In this document: positions 1-9,990 of the stretch, in pieces
Position numbering within the stretch: the first letter of the stretch is position 1
How the letters are laid out: each line of letters begins with the position of its first letter
NCBI GenBank assembly: GCA_964587195.1
Contig: CAZPKN010000002.1
Coordinates: forward strand, 772-64,771
Source: an uncultured Gammaproteobacteria bacterium
Lineage (GTDB): Bacteria; Patescibacteriota; Patescibacteriia; Patescibacteriales; UBA12465
Direction of reading: 5' to 3'
Length of the DNA stretch: 64,000 nt
Program-made: the position numbers and the translations under genes
The notes under the pieces: generated by a model
What the model was told of the DNA's origin: nothing
Database searches by the model: none
Seen by the model: only the letters and a program-made list of their open reading frames with translations

Positions 1-128
1 AAACCGCTAGCGGCGGTTCTAAATAATCGCAAAATAGCGCATTTATCTAGAATCGCTTTTTAACATAGTTTAATAACTGTGTGCTCATAATATTGACGGC
101 TTTTAAAGCCCTGTTTTAACTGTTAGTA

Positions 129-156
129 ATTATAGCGTTTTTAAAAATAATGTCAA
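129..156 (-). promoter_or_regulatory. sigma70-type promoter firing leftward (TTGACA-16-TATAAT)
   Basis: On the minus strand, TTGACA at 156-151 and TATAAT at 134-129. No ORF longer than ~13 codons lies between it and the window edge. Confidence 0.5.
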
Positions 157-172
157 GGGGGAGAATAAAAAC

Positions 173-202
173 AAAAAATACTAGAAATTACTAGTATTTT
201 TA
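173..202 (-). terminator. rho-independent terminator after pilT (bidirectional hairpin)
   Basis: Stem aatactag/ctagtatt (177-184 / 191-198), flanked by an A-run and a T-run. Confidence 0.7.
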
Positions 203-267
203 GGCAAAAAATCTATTAATAATAATCTTTTCAACAGCTTTATTAACAGGTCGCTGAAAGGCCCGCT

Positions 268-1323
268 TTACTCATCTAAAAAATCTGGATCATCCATGTG
301 GCGCTGAGCATCGTCATGTTCAATTTCTCCAGCGTTATACAACTCTTTAATATGGCGATCAATAGTGATCATTCCAAATGAGGAGCCGGTTTCCATGGCA
401 CTTTTAATCTGCTCTATTTTTCCCTCCCTGATTAGATTAGCAACGGCACTGTTGTTAATTAATATTTCACGAGCAGCAATCCTACCTCCCGAACGACGCG
501 GCAGTAGGCGTTGAGAAATAACCGCCGACAAAGCTGAAGAGAGCTGAGATTTTATCTGCCCCTGCTGATGAGGAGGAAAACTATCAATAATTCTATCAAT
601 TGTTTGAGCGGCGCTACGAGTATGAAGAGTTGCTAAAACTAAATGTCCGGTTTCTGCCAAAGTAACTGCTGTGGCGATAGTTTCCGGATCACGCATTTCT
701 CCTAACATAATAACATTAGGATCTTGTCTTAGAACATGTTTTAAACCGGATGCGAAACTAAGCATGTCTGTTCCTAACTGACGCTGAGAAATAATGCTTT
801 TATTAGATTTAAAAATATATTCAATTGGATCTTCTAGCGTAATTATATTTCTAACATGGTTGTCATTAATATAATTAATCATAGCTGCTAAGCTGGTCGA
901 CTTTCCACAACCGGTTGGCCCAGTAATTAAAACAAATCCCTGCGGCAAATCTAACAATTGGCGAACTAGGGGCGGAAATCCAATATCATCCAGAGTGGGC
1001 TTAGACTCATCAATAATTCTAGCCACTATCATTACTTGATTTTTTTCATAAGCGCAATTGACGCGATAGCGATAAGAGTCGACTTGATAACCTAAATCTA
1101 AATCGCGTTTGTCAATAAAACGATTTTTTTGTTCTTTGGTTAATAAATCATTTAGAAATCCGTCCAAATCACTATTGGTTAATTCTGAAAAGCCATCTAA
1201 TCCTATCTGACTAGCTTCGGTTAAAACTCCGTTAATACGAAAAATTGGCATATGCCCCACTAGCAAATGGACATCGGAAGCCATTTTCTCAGCAGCTAAT
1301 TTAAAAATAGTATTTATATCCAT
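268..1323 (-). CDS. pilT: type IV pilus retraction ATPase PilT family
   Basis: Walker A GPTGCGKST, Walker B VIMLGEMRD, His box TGHLVLATLHT. Length is typical of PilT. Confidence 0.85.
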   Translation of the reverse strand: MDINTIFKLAAEKMASDVHLLVGHMPIFRINGVLTEASQIGLDGFSELTNSDLDGFLNDLLTKEQKNRFIDKRDLDLGYQVDSYRYRVNCAYEKNQVMIVARIIDESKPTLDDIGFPPLVRQLLDLPQGFVLITGPTGCGKSTSLAAMINYINDNHVRNIITLEDPIEYIFKSNKSIISQRQLGTDMLSFASGLKHVLRQDPNVIMLGEMRDPETIATAVTLAETGHLVLATLHTRSAAQTIDRIIDSFPPHQQGQIKSQLSSALSAVISQRLLPRRSGGRIAAREILINNSAVANLIREGKIEQIKSAMETGSSFGMITIDRHIKELYNAGEIEHDDAQRHMDDPDFLDE

Positions 1324-1327
1324 AAAA

Positions 1328-2041
1328 TTACCAATTCATTTTTTGTAAACCATTGGCGGCGGCCTCAACTTGAGCTTCCTGTTTTGAAGAACCTTGACCG
1401 GTAGTGATTAATTCTTCTCCTAGATAGAGTCCGACTGTAAAAATCTTAGCATGATCGGGGCCGGTTTCATCCAGAATGTCATAATGAGGAGTAACTCCTC
1501 TCTCTTCTTGCGCCTTCTCTTGAAAATGTGATTTAGGATCAAGATAGGCTTGATTTTTTAAAATATTATCCAGTTTAGAAACAACATTTTTTAAAATAAA
1601 TTCCTTAGCGACTTCCATTCCTTGATCTAAATACAAGGCGCCAATAATTGCCTCGACCGCATCGGCTAAAATAAACTGCCGCGATTTTTTATTCTTATCG
1701 CGCGCCTCTCCTTTTGATAGATATAAATAGTCTTCAATCCCTAATTCGGCCGCTACTTCATAAAGCATTTTAGCGTTAACCAATGAGGCTCGCCAGTTAG
1801 TTAGATCTCCTTCGGGAGTTTCTTGAAAATTAACATACAAAAATTCCGTTACCACTATTTCTAAGACTGCGTCGCCTAAAAATTCTAATCTCTCATTGTG
1901 TCCTAATTTAAAATCCGGATGTTCATTCAAATAGGAGCGGTGGACGAGCGCCTGCTTTATTAAGCTTTCGTCATTAAAAGTAAAACCGATTTTTTTCTGT
2001 AATTTTATTAAATCATTAGTGGTCATAATTGTGATAAACAA
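1328..2041 (-). CDS. rnc: ribonuclease III
   Basis: RNase III signature NERLEFLGDAVLE, plus a C-terminal dsRBD-like region. Confidence 0.9.
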   Translation of the reverse strand: MFITIMTTNDLIKLQKKIGFTFNDESLIKQALVHRSYLNEHPDFKLGHNERLEFLGDAVLEIVVTEFLYVNFQETPEGDLTNWRASLVNAKMLYEVAAELGIEDYLYLSKGEARDKNKKSRQFILADAVEAIIGALYLDQGMEVAKEFILKNVVSKLDNILKNQAYLDPKSHFQEKAQEERGVTPHYDILDETGPDHAKIFTVGLYLGEELITTGQGSSKQEAQVEAAANGLQKMNW

Positions 2042-2072
2042 AGGGCGCCGGTAATAAGAGCGCCTCTTTCGA

Positions 2073-2603
2073 TTATTCTTGTTCAGTTTTCTCTTCTTCG
2101 AGACTCTCAGCGCTTTCTTCAGCAGTCGCTTTTTCTTTTTCTAAAGATGCCTTGAGCGCCTCAACCTCTTCTTTATTATCTCGCTTCTGAATTTCCGGCT
2201 CGTCATTATATAAAGATCCTAAAACTCCATTAACAAACTTGCCGGAGGCGTCCCCGCCAAAGCTTTTAGCAATCTCAATCGCCTCGTTGATAACAACGCG
2301 AGGAGGAACTTCTGTATAAAGAAGCTCATAAAGCCCGAGGCGCAGAATATTGCGATCTACGGCGGTTATCTGATCAAGCGGCCATTCAGTCGCATATTTA
2401 ACAATGTATTTATCTATCTCTGAATAAGTTTTTGCTACGCCCTTAACTAAGTCGGAGACAAACCCGCCATCATCAAAATTAGGAGCGAAATTAGAAAAGT
2501 TATCAGCGATGAGGCTGTTTAGATTGTCATCTTTTTTGCCATTAAAATCCCAGGCGAACAAAGTTTGCAAGGCGATCGTCCGGGACAAGTGCCGGTTAGA
2601 CAT
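2073..2603 (-). CDS. nusB: transcription antitermination factor NusB with acidic C-terminal tail
   Basis: NusB-like N-terminus RTIALQTLFAWDF and DRNILRLGLYEL. The last ~45 aa are Glu/Lys-rich. Confidence 0.8.
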   Translation of the reverse strand: MSNRHLSRTIALQTLFAWDFNGKKDDNLNSLIADNFSNFAPNFDDGGFVSDLVKGVAKTYSEIDKYIVKYATEWPLDQITAVDRNILRLGLYELLYTEVPPRVVINEAIEIAKSFGGDASGKFVNGVLGSLYNDEPEIQKRDNKEEVEALKASLEKEKATAEESAESLEEEKTEQE

Positions 2604-2608
2604 AAAGA

Positions 2609-2815
2609 TTATTTTTTAGCCGCTTTAGTTTTCGGAGCGGCTTTAGTCTTTAAAACTTCGCGACCCTTATAAGTCCCGCAAAAAGTACAAACAGTATGCG
2701 GCTTGCGCATCTTCCCACACTTTGAACACTTGGTTAGAGTCGTCTTTTTAAGAGCTAAATGGGCGCGGCCTTTATGGGTAGCGGAATGAGTTTTTTGTTT
2801 CTTTGGATTAGCCAT
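2609..2815 (-). CDS. rpmF: 50S ribosomal protein L32
   Basis: Small basic protein with the zinc-ribbon pattern CSKCG...CTFCG. Confidence 0.8.
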   Translation of the reverse strand: MANPKKQKTHSATHKGRAHLALKKTTLTKCSKCGKMRKPHTVCTFCGTYKGREVLKTKAAPKTKAAKK

Positions 2816-2879
2816 AGAATTATTAATTAATATTTACTTTTTTAGTATAACTTAAAAGCGTTATTAGTCAAACAGACCG

Positions 2880-4709
2880 TTAGGCGACAATCGGCTTTGG
2901 TCCGACAATAAGTTCAAACTCATCTTTCTCTATCGTTTCTTTTGCCAGTAGTGCCTCCACAATTTTTTCTAAGACAGCTTGATGCTTCTCAATAATAGCG
3001 ACCGCTTTATTTTCGCCCTGTTTAATAAAGCTGCTTATTTCTTCGTCAATTCTTTCAGCAGTTCTTTCACTATAATTTCTCTGTTCATGAATTTCCCGGC
3101 CCAGGAAAATCATCTCTTCTTTTTCGCCATAAGTGCGCGGACCAAGATTATCGCTCATGCCATAATCAGTAACCAGACTGCGCGCTAAAGCGGTTGCTCG
3201 GCGCAAATCAGAAGTTGCCCCCGTCGTTACTTCGCCGAAGATTTTCTTTTCAATTAAATGTCCGGCTAAAAGAACCGCTATTTCGGAAATAAATTCCGAA
3301 CGGGAATGCATGTGTTTATCTTCAGAGGGCGCTTTTAAAGTATAGCCGCCGGCGCTACCCCGAGAAATAATAGAGACTTTATGGACCGGATCGGCGTCCG
3401 GAAGAAAGTGAGAAACCAGAGCGTGGCCAGCTTCATGGTACGCCGTAATCTTTTTTTCCTTATCGTTAATAACTCGGCTTTTTCTTTCCGGACCGATCAT
3501 GACTTTTTCAATCGCTTCAAATAAATGCTCATTAACGATTTCTTTTTTGTTTTCTCGCGCTGCTAAAATTGCCGCTTCATTTAAAATATTAGCCAGATCA
3601 GCGCCCGAAAAACCAGCCGTGCGAGCGGCAATCTTTTTTAAGTCAACATTCTTGGCTAAAGGCTTCTTGCGGGCATGGACTGATAGAATATCCTCTCTGT
3701 CTTTTAAGTCGGGCAAATCTATCATGACTCGCCTATCAAAACGTCCGGGACGAAGCAAGGCGGGATCTAAAACATCCGGTCTATTAGTCGCCGCAATAAC
3801 GATAATATTTTGAGTTGGCTCAAAACCGTCCATCTCGACTAGAATTTGATTAAGCGTCTGCTCACGCTCGTCGTGGCTGCCGCCTAAACCAGCGCCGCGG
3901 CGACGACCGACCGCATCAATTTCGTCAATAAATATAATACACGGCGCTACTTTCTTTGCTTTTTCAAATAAAGAGCGGACGCGCGAAGCACCAACTCCAA
4001 CAAACATTTCGACAAATTCTGAACCGGACATATGGAGGAAAGGAACCTTTGCTTCTCCGGCGACTGAACGAGCTAGCAAGGTTTTGCCGGTTCCTGGCGC
4101 TCCTAATAATAGAACACCACGCGGAATCTTTGCTCCGAGCTCATGGAATTTTTTTGGAAATTTTAAAAACTCCACTATTTCCTGTAATTCCTCTTTAGCC
4201 TCTTTCGCGCCAGCAACGTCCTTAAAAGTCGTCCGGTTATTAGCATCGGCTTTAAAATCCTTAGCGCTTGATTGGCCGAAGCTAATCGCTCGATTATTAG
4301 CGCCTTGGACACCGCGCATCATAAAGAAGATAAAAAACCCGATGATCAGGAAAGGAAACAAGAAAGGAGCAACGTTAACCAAGAAATAAGCCCAAGAGCT
4401 TTCTTGCTTGACTATTGTTTTAACCGCCAAAACTTTCTCGGTATCAACTTGATAGTTTCTGATTAAGTCCGATAAAGACTCCCCCGACTCTTTTAAAACA
4501 ATTATTTGCGAACTGTCTCTAAGGGAAATGTTTAGCTTATTACCATCTATTACAATCTCTGAAACTTGATCATTGTTAATATGGCTAATAAGTTCCTCTA
4601 TCCCGACTATCTGGCTTTTCTTCCCGCTATCAGTCAGGGCGCTAAAAACAGCGGCAATCAGCAGAAAAATGACAAAAAAAACCAGAAAATTTTGAATTAA
4701 TTTTTTCAT
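2880..4709 (-). CDS. ftsH: ATP-dependent zinc metalloprotease FtsH
   Basis: N-terminal TM helices, Walker A GAPGTGKT, Walker [10 protein letters not shown], zinc site HEAGHAL. Confidence 0.95.
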   Translation of the reverse strand: MKKLIQNFLVFFVIFLLIAAVFSALTDSGKKSQIVGIEELISHINNDQVSEIVIDGNKLNISLRDSSQIIVLKESGESLSDLIRNYQVDTEKVLAVKTIVKQESSWAYFLVNVAPFLFPFLIIGFFIFFMMRGVQGANNRAISFGQSSAKDFKADANNRTTFKDVAGAKEAKEELQEIVEFLKFPKKFHELGAKIPRGVLLLGAPGTGKTLLARSVAGEAKVPFLHMSGSEFVEMFVGVGASRVRSLFEKAKKVAPCIIFIDEIDAVGRRRGAGLGGSHDEREQTLNQILVEMDGFEPTQNIIVIAATNRPDVLDPALLRPGRFDRRVMIDLPDLKDREDILSVHARKKPLAKNVDLKKIAARTAGFSGADLANILNEAAILAARENKKEIVNEHLFEAIEKVMIGPERKSRVINDKEKKITAYHEAGHALVSHFLPDADPVHKVSIISRGSAGGYTLKAPSEDKHMHSRSEFISEIAVLLAGHLIEKKIFGEVTTGATSDLRRATALARSLVTDYGMSDNLGPRTYGEKEEMIFLGREIHEQRNYSERTAERIDEEISSFIKQGENKAVAIIEKHQAVLEKIVEALLAKETIEKDEFELIVGPKPIVA

Positions 4710-4789
4710 TATATTAAGATTAATTTTTATATTCGAGTACTTTTATTATAGATTATAAAAACAGTTTAGGCAATTAAGCCAAAACGCAG

Positions 4790-4818
4790 AAAAGCGCCCG
4801 AATTAGACGGGCGCTTTT
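4790..4818 (-). terminator. rho-independent terminator after rpsA
   Basis: Stem aaaagcgcccg/cgggcgctttt with a 7-nt loop. A U-run follows on the minus strand. Confidence 0.75.
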
Positions 4819-4841
4819 CATTTTTCAGTAAAATTAAGAGT

Positions 4842-6083
4842 TTATTTTTTTTCTGCCTTAACCTTCTTTTCTTTCTTATCTTTTTTTACTTCTTCTGCGG
4901 CAGCCTCATCAACTGTCTCCTCGGAATCAGCTGATTTTTTAGTCTTAGTCGCTTTTTTTGGCTTTTCTTCGCCATCTTCAACTGATTTTGCTTTAGCGTC
5001 TCCGGCTAGTTTTAGGCCTAGGCGATGTTCAGACGGAGAAATACTAACGATTTCGAAATCTCTAATTTCATCAGCTTTATACAAATCAGAAATCTTATCT
5101 TTAGCGGCGATGTTAAGCAGACTGATATGGGCTAAACCATGAATTTCTTCATCGAGCTTAACAAATAGACCAAACGGATTAACTTTCAAAATAGTGCCGG
5201 CAACAGTCTGTCCAACTTGATATTTAGAGCTGGCCTCTAGCCATGGATCGACTAAGAGTTTTTTAGCGCTTAAGAAAACCTTAGCGCCATCGATAGAAAT
5301 TATTTCCGCCTTGATGCTATCGCCAACCTTATACATCTCGCTTGGGGAATCGATTCTTTGCCAAGCTAGCTCGGAAATATGAATTAAACCTTCGATATCT
5401 TCGCCAAAAGTTACAAAAACTCCAAAATTAGTAATGGCGGTAATCTTCCCATCAACTTGCGAGCCAATTTTGTATTTATCAAGAGCTGGTTTTTGACGCT
5501 TGTTCCAAACATCTTTCTCGCTGAAAATGATTTTGCCATCTTCTTCGCTTAAAGTAATAACGGCCACTTCAAATTCTTGTCCAACAAAAGATTTTAATTT
5601 TTCTAAAATTTTACTCTTATCGCCGCCGGAAATACGCGGATAATTTTCTGGAGCTAACTGAGAAACCGGCAAGAAGCCGTCGATTTGGCAATAACGGCTC
5701 AGTAAGCCACCCTTATTAGCGTCAGCAATTTTAACTTTAACCGTTGTTTTATCTTTATAAGCTTGGCGTAATTTAATCCAGGCTTTTTCTTGGCCGACTA
5801 AGCGGAAAGATAATTCTAATTGGCCTTTTTCATTTTCAACATCAATCACGGCCGCCTCGATTTCATCGCCCGGTTTTAAAGAAGCGAATTCTTCAACCTC
5901 ATTATAAAGTTCCGGGCCACGAACGATACCCATAGAAATACCATTGATATCCAGCATGACCTCAGACTTTGAGGCGCTAATGACCTTGCCTTTAACAATG
6001 TCGCCGATTTGCGGGACTTGAGTCTGGTCTTTATCGAGTAATTTAGCGAACTCACTAGAGTCCAAGTTTTTTTGATCTTCCAT
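4842..6083 (-). CDS. rpsA: 30S ribosomal protein S1 (four S1 domains, Lys-rich tail)
   Basis: Repeated S1/OB motifs (GDIVKGKV..., GQTVAGTILKVNPFGLFVKL). Confidence 0.85.
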   Translation of the reverse strand: MEDQKNLDSSEFAKLLDKDQTQVPQIGDIVKGKVISASKSEVMLDINGISMGIVRGPELYNEVEEFASLKPGDEIEAAVIDVENEKGQLELSFRLVGQEKAWIKLRQAYKDKTTVKVKIADANKGGLLSRYCQIDGFLPVSQLAPENYPRISGGDKSKILEKLKSFVGQEFEVAVITLSEEDGKIIFSEKDVWNKRQKPALDKYKIGSQVDGKITAITNFGVFVTFGEDIEGLIHISELAWQRIDSPSEMYKVGDSIKAEIISIDGAKVFLSAKKLLVDPWLEASSKYQVGQTVAGTILKVNPFGLFVKLDEEIHGLAHISLLNIAAKDKISDLYKADEIRDFEIVSISPSEHRLGLKLAGDAKAKSVEDGEEKPKKATKTKKSADSEETVDEAAAEEVKKDKKEKKVKAEKK

Positions 6084-6239
6084 ATATTTTTTCCCTAATA
6101 TTAGGGGACAAACTTTCTCTAAGAAATAAAAAAAGCTTGCTTAACAAGGTCTTGCGACCAAGTCTTCCGGCCACCTCAGCTTTTAAAAGCCTTAAAATCC
6201 GAAAGTTTTCTAAAGGTGAATATTTAATTGACTGTGTAT

Positions 6240-6268
6240 ATTATACATCAAGACTTGTCTTCTGTCAA
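6240..6268 (-). promoter_or_regulatory. rpsA promoter, TTGACA-17-TATAAT
   Basis: On the minus strand, TTGACA at 6268-6263 and TATAAT at 6245-6240. Both hexamers are perfect. Confidence 0.75.
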
Positions 6269-6285
6269 TGATAACTAAAAGCATT

Positions 6286-7818
6286 TTAATGATTAAGATT
6301 AAGCATCTCCTCGATTAAACTCCTATCATTCATTAAACGCGGAATTTTATTTTGTCCGCCTAATTTATTTTTTGAAGCTAACCAATCACGGAATAAGCCT
6401 GGCCTTGCTTTCACTAATTTTAATCTCCCTAAAGTTATGTCCTTATACCGCTTTGCTTCATAATCTGAATTAACTTTTTGCAGTTCTTTATCTAAAATAT
6501 CGGCGAACTGCTCTAAATCACTAGGTTCATGAGTAAACTCGATTAGCCATTCATGGCAGCCTTTAACATTCTCTTCGGTGAAGACTGGAGCAGCGCTATA
6601 CTCCTGAACGGCAACACCTGTAATAGCACAAGCACTCGCTAAAGCCCGATTAGCATTATCAACCATTAGCTCTTCGCCAAAAACATTGATAAAACTTTTA
6701 GTCCGACCGCTGATAATAAAGCGATATGGTTTTAAATTAGTAAACTTAATTGTATCACCGATAATATAGCGCCACAGCCCACCGCTAGTTGAAATAACAA
6801 TCGCATAATTACGATTTAATTCAACTTCGCCTATCGAATAAGCTTTAGGATTAGGGCCATCCAATTCTTCTAGAGGAACAAACTCATAAAAAATTTCGTA
6901 ATCAAGCATAAGCAGCATATCATCTCTATCTTTTTCATCGCCAACACCGAAAAATCCTTCCGCCGAACCATAGGTTTCTAAATATCTCATCTTCTCCCCA
7001 CAAATTTTTTTGTATTGTTCGCGATAAGGGCCGATAGCCACGCCGCCATAAATCAACATTTCCAAATTTGGCCATAGATCGGTAATCTTTTTACCGGTTT
7101 CACTTTCCATTTTTCGAAGCAAAACTAAAACCCAGGCCGGAACACCGGCTAAACCGACCACGTTTTTATTTTTTGTATCATCCGTAATAGCTTTTAATTT
7201 GCTTTCCCATTCTGCCATGAGAGCAATATCCCTTTTTGGAACACGCATTAACTGTATCCAGGCAGGTAGATTGGCCATAATAATTGCCGAGACGTCGCCA
7301 CAGATATTATTAAAATTTAATTCATCAGAACGCATTGAGCCCCCTAAACTAAGGATCTTACCGGTAAACAATCGGGAATCGGGATAATTTTTAAAATAGG
7401 CCGCAAAAGCGTCTTTACCGGCCGCATAATGACAACGCTCCAGCGAGTGCCTAGTAACGGGAATAAATTTGCTTTTATCGCTAGTCGTGCCGGAGGATTT
7501 AGAAAACATTTTTATTTTTCCTGGCCAAATAATATTCTTTTCGCCAAGGCGCGATCTGGTTATCCAATCTTTAAAATCATCGTAGTTAAATAAAGGGACC
7601 TGTTCTTTAAAAATTTGATAAGCCTGAGAAAAATCTTTTTCCTGAGTAATGCGTTCAAAATTATAAGTACTGCCAAAGGTAGTCTTTTTAGCTGTTTTTA
7701 AAAGATAAAAAAAGTTTTTTGCCTGAACACCAGTCGGATTTTTTTTAAAAGTCTCTATTCTAAGCAGGCGGCTCTTAAATATTCTAATCATTAAAAGATT
7801 AATCAAATTCATAATCAT
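6286..7818 (-). CDS. GH3-family (auxin-responsive-promoter family) acyl-adenylate-forming enzyme
   Basis: SSGTTS phosphate-binding loop and overall GH3-like layout. The ORF-track start at 7869 is a TTG inside the promoter, so I start at the ATG at 7818. Confidence 0.7.
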   Translation of the reverse strand: MIMNLINLLMIRIFKSRLLRIETFKKNPTGVQAKNFFYLLKTAKKTTFGSTYNFERITQEKDFSQAYQIFKEQVPLFNYDDFKDWITRSRLGEKNIIWPGKIKMFSKSSGTTSDKSKFIPVTRHSLERCHYAAGKDAFAAYFKNYPDSRLFTGKILSLGGSMRSDELNFNNICGDVSAIIMANLPAWIQLMRVPKRDIALMAEWESKLKAITDDTKNKNVVGLAGVPAWVLVLLRKMESETGKKITDLWPNLEMLIYGGVAIGPYREQYKKICGEKMRYLETYGSAEGFFGVGDEKDRDDMLLMLDYEIFYEFVPLEELDGPNPKAYSIGEVELNRNYAIVISTSGGLWRYIIGDTIKFTNLKPYRFIISGRTKSFINVFGEELMVDNANRALASACAITGVAVQEYSAAPVFTEENVKGCHEWLIEFTHEPSDLEQFADILDKELQKVNSDYEAKRYKDITLGRLKLVKARPGLFRDWLASKNKLGGQNKIPRLMNDRSLIEEMLNLNH

Positions 7819-7840
7819 AAAATTAAATTTATCTATTTGA

Positions 7841-7869
7841 ATTATACCCCGAGCCTCGTAACTGGTCAA
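7841..7869 (-). promoter_or_regulatory. promoter of the GH3 gene, TTGACC-17-TATAAT
   Basis: On the minus strand, TTGACC at 7869-7864 and TATAAT at 7846-7841. Confidence 0.65.
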
Positions 7870-7903
7870 AATAAAAAACCCCTGTCTATTTTAAAACAAG
7901 GGT

Positions 7904-8452
7904 TTAATCTCCAAGTAGCTCAAATATTTTTTGGGCTATTTGAGACTTCAAATTCGTTTCAAATGACGCTTTTTTAAACAGCGCAATATAATCCTGAAGA
8001 CTTTCTGCTTCATTATACTGCTCTTCTAAAATAGCGTTTTTTCGTTCATGGGCTAAAATTCTGGCCCGCCCCGCTTTTGGCCCCCTATTGCAAGCGGTTT
8101 TTATCTCTTCATAAGAGGAGGCTTTATTAACCTCTTCTAAAGATAAATCATCCCAAGCTTGCAGCGCTTTGAGCTTCGTTTTTTCAAGCTCTAACTCAAG
8201 AGCTAAAAAATAAGCATCGCGAATTCTATTAAACACGCCGGAGCTTATTTCTATTTCCAGACGGCGCTCAAGCTCCTTCTGGATAAAGTATTCCTCTTCG
8301 CTATCTGGTGCAGAATCGCGAAAATCAATCTTCAACTCATTATCGCTTGAAGAAGAATAATCTTTATCACAACCAATCCCCAAAGCTTCTTTAATGCGCC
8401 AAACTGGCTCACCTAATAATTCGGCGAGTTTCTTTATTTTTTCTTTATCCAT
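7904..8452 (-). CDS. hypothetical helical, charged protein
   Basis: 182-aa ORF with no motif I recognise. Confidence 0.45.
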   Translation of the reverse strand: MDKEKIKKLAELLGEPVWRIKEALGIGCDKDYSSSSDNELKIDFRDSAPDSEEEYFIQKELERRLEIEISSGVFNRIRDAYFLALELELEKTKLKALQAWDDLSLEEVNKASSYEEIKTACNRGPKAGRARILAHERKNAILEEQYNEAESLQDYIALFKKASFETNLKSQIAQKIFELLGD

Positions 8453-8708
8453 GATAATATTTTTTAAGGTTCTATTTTTAAATTAAGTCTTATAGTAAAA
8501 ATTGTCAATTTCTCACAACCTTGACTTAAAATAATTTATATTGCAAAATAGAAAGTCGGCAACTCGAATAGTTCCTTAAAAATACTAATATTAGTTTAAT
8601 TACTAAGCACATCGCTATATTTAGCGGTTTTTTTAGTAATTAAACTAATATTAAACAAAAAAAAACGGAGGCCGCTCGTGAGTAAAAGTAAAAGAGCGGA
8701 AATCAATC

Positions 8709-9476
8709 ATGGAAGAAAAAAAAATGGCGCAAGACATCGCCGAAAAAGTGTCTTTAGAAAAAAAAGTTGAACGGGGACTCAAAAGTAGCTCTCGAGCCAT
8801 GGTCTTTATTATTTGTGTGATTAGTTTGGCGGTTTTCCTATTTATCTGGATGGGGTCAATTTATTACAACGGAAAAGAAACTTTTTTTTGGGGAGTGCTC
8901 TTTATGTCTTGTCTGGCGGTATCTATTGTCGCTATCATTAATGCCGATAAATTAGTTCCAAAAGAAAAAACTTTAAAATATTACCTAACCGATTTAAATC
9001 ATGAGAAAGACTGGCTCGGTAGCATGATTTTAAAGTTAAAAGAAGAAAAAAGGTTTTTGGAAGCTGTCGACCCTATAGAGCTCCCGCCATATTCTCAGAT
9101 AAATGAAATCTATCAAGAAATATCTCAGCAGGCGAAAATGATGCTGCTTCAAATTGCAGGCGAAAACGATCAGGCCGCCCTAGAGATATTAGATAAAATT
9201 CACGAGGCCCATATCAGCCTCACCTTTGAATCCGAAGAGGGCTGGCTTCCTGAAAAAATAGATTTTCTAGAAAAATCTCAGGAAGAAAAACTCAAGAGCA
9301 TTAATTTGCTTATTGAGATAATCGGCGAAAAAAAAGCCATCTGCGCAAACATGGCCGCGCAGAATAAAAAAAGAAAGATTTTTGAAATCGCTCTGCAGAT
9401 CAAAAATGATGAGCAAGCGATTGAAGAAATAAGCGCTCAGATTGAAATTGTAAAAAATCAATTGAGTATTTGCTAA
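8709..9476 (+). CDS. hypothetical membrane-anchored coiled-coil protein
   Basis: Two N-terminal hydrophobic helices followed by a long charged helical region. Confidence 0.5.
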   Translation: MEEKKMAQDIAEKVSLEKKVERGLKSSSRAMVFIICVISLAVFLFIWMGSIYYNGKETFFWGVLFMSCLAVSIVAIINADKLVPKEKTLKYYLTDLNHEKDWLGSMILKLKEEKRFLEAVDPIELPPYSQINEIYQEISQQAKMMLLQIAGENDQAALEILDKIHEAHISLTFESEEGWLPEKIDFLEKSQEEKLKSINLLIEIIGEKKAICANMAAQNKKRKIFEIALQIKNDEQAIEEISAQIEIVKNQLSIC

Positions 9477-9511
9477 AAAATATTTATTAAAGAGATCTGC
9501 GGGTCTCTTTT

Positions 9512-9892
9512 TTATTTGGAAATATCCAGAGTGTTAATTAATATTTTGTTTTCTAACTCCAAAATATCAGCGTCTTGATTACAAAAATATCGATAACGTT
9601 TATTAAAATCTGCTTCGTTATCGGCTATAAATAGATTTTCAATATTTTTAGATAAAACTTTTATCCGGTTAAGGTCCAATTCCGGATTTTCTGACTCCAA
9701 GTCTAAAGAGGTGATTATTTCTGAAAGCGTTCTTAGCCAACGAAAATCATCGTGATTAACTACTAATTGAAAATACTCATGATTATTGGAAATCGGGCCA
9801 TTCTTTTTTTCATAAATCCCTCTTTCGAGGTCTAATAATCTCTTATGAAAATCTAACAAGAGTTTTATTAAACTGTTCAATTTTTCTTTCAT
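9512..9892 (-). CDS. hypothetical protein
   Basis: 126-aa ORF with no recognisable motif. Confidence 0.4.
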   Translation of the reverse strand: MKEKLNSLIKLLLDFHKRLLDLERGIYEKKNGPISNNHEYFQLVVNHDDFRWLRTLSEIITSLDLESENPELDLNRIKVLSKNIENLFIADNEADFNKRYRYFCNQDADILELENKILINTLDISK

Positions 9893-9956
9893 ATTTGGAG
9901 TGGTTAATAATTAATTTTTATATTTTAGGTTATTTTTTTAAAAAAGTAAAAAGGAT

Positions 9957-9987
9957 AAAAAGAACTAGTTAGGCTAGTTCTTTTTTG
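9957..9987 (-). terminator. hairpin + U-run terminator after the tRNA-like element
   Basis: Stem agaactag/ctagttct (9961-9968 / 9974-9981), flanked by A- and T-runs. Confidence 0.65.
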
Positions 9988-9990
9988 ATT

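Noticed and set aside
2979-4466. Five plus-strand ORFs (2979-3188, 3499-3813, 3956-4198, 4084-4389, 4272-4466) antisense to ftsH. Similar antisense ORFs lie inside nusA (16126-16832), recQ, glyA, valS (49763-50092), pheT and others.
   Set aside because: Each lies wholly inside a strongly supported gene on the opposite strand, has a low-complexity or odd composition, and has no promoter or motif. They are shadow ORFs.
8666-8770. GGAGG at 8666-8670 followed by a GTG-initiated ~30-codon highly basic ORF that overlaps the start of the 8709 gene.
   Set aside because: This genome shows no SD usage elsewhere. The ORF is short, out of frame with a well-formed 255-aa membrane protein, and its composition is explained by the poly-A/G tract.
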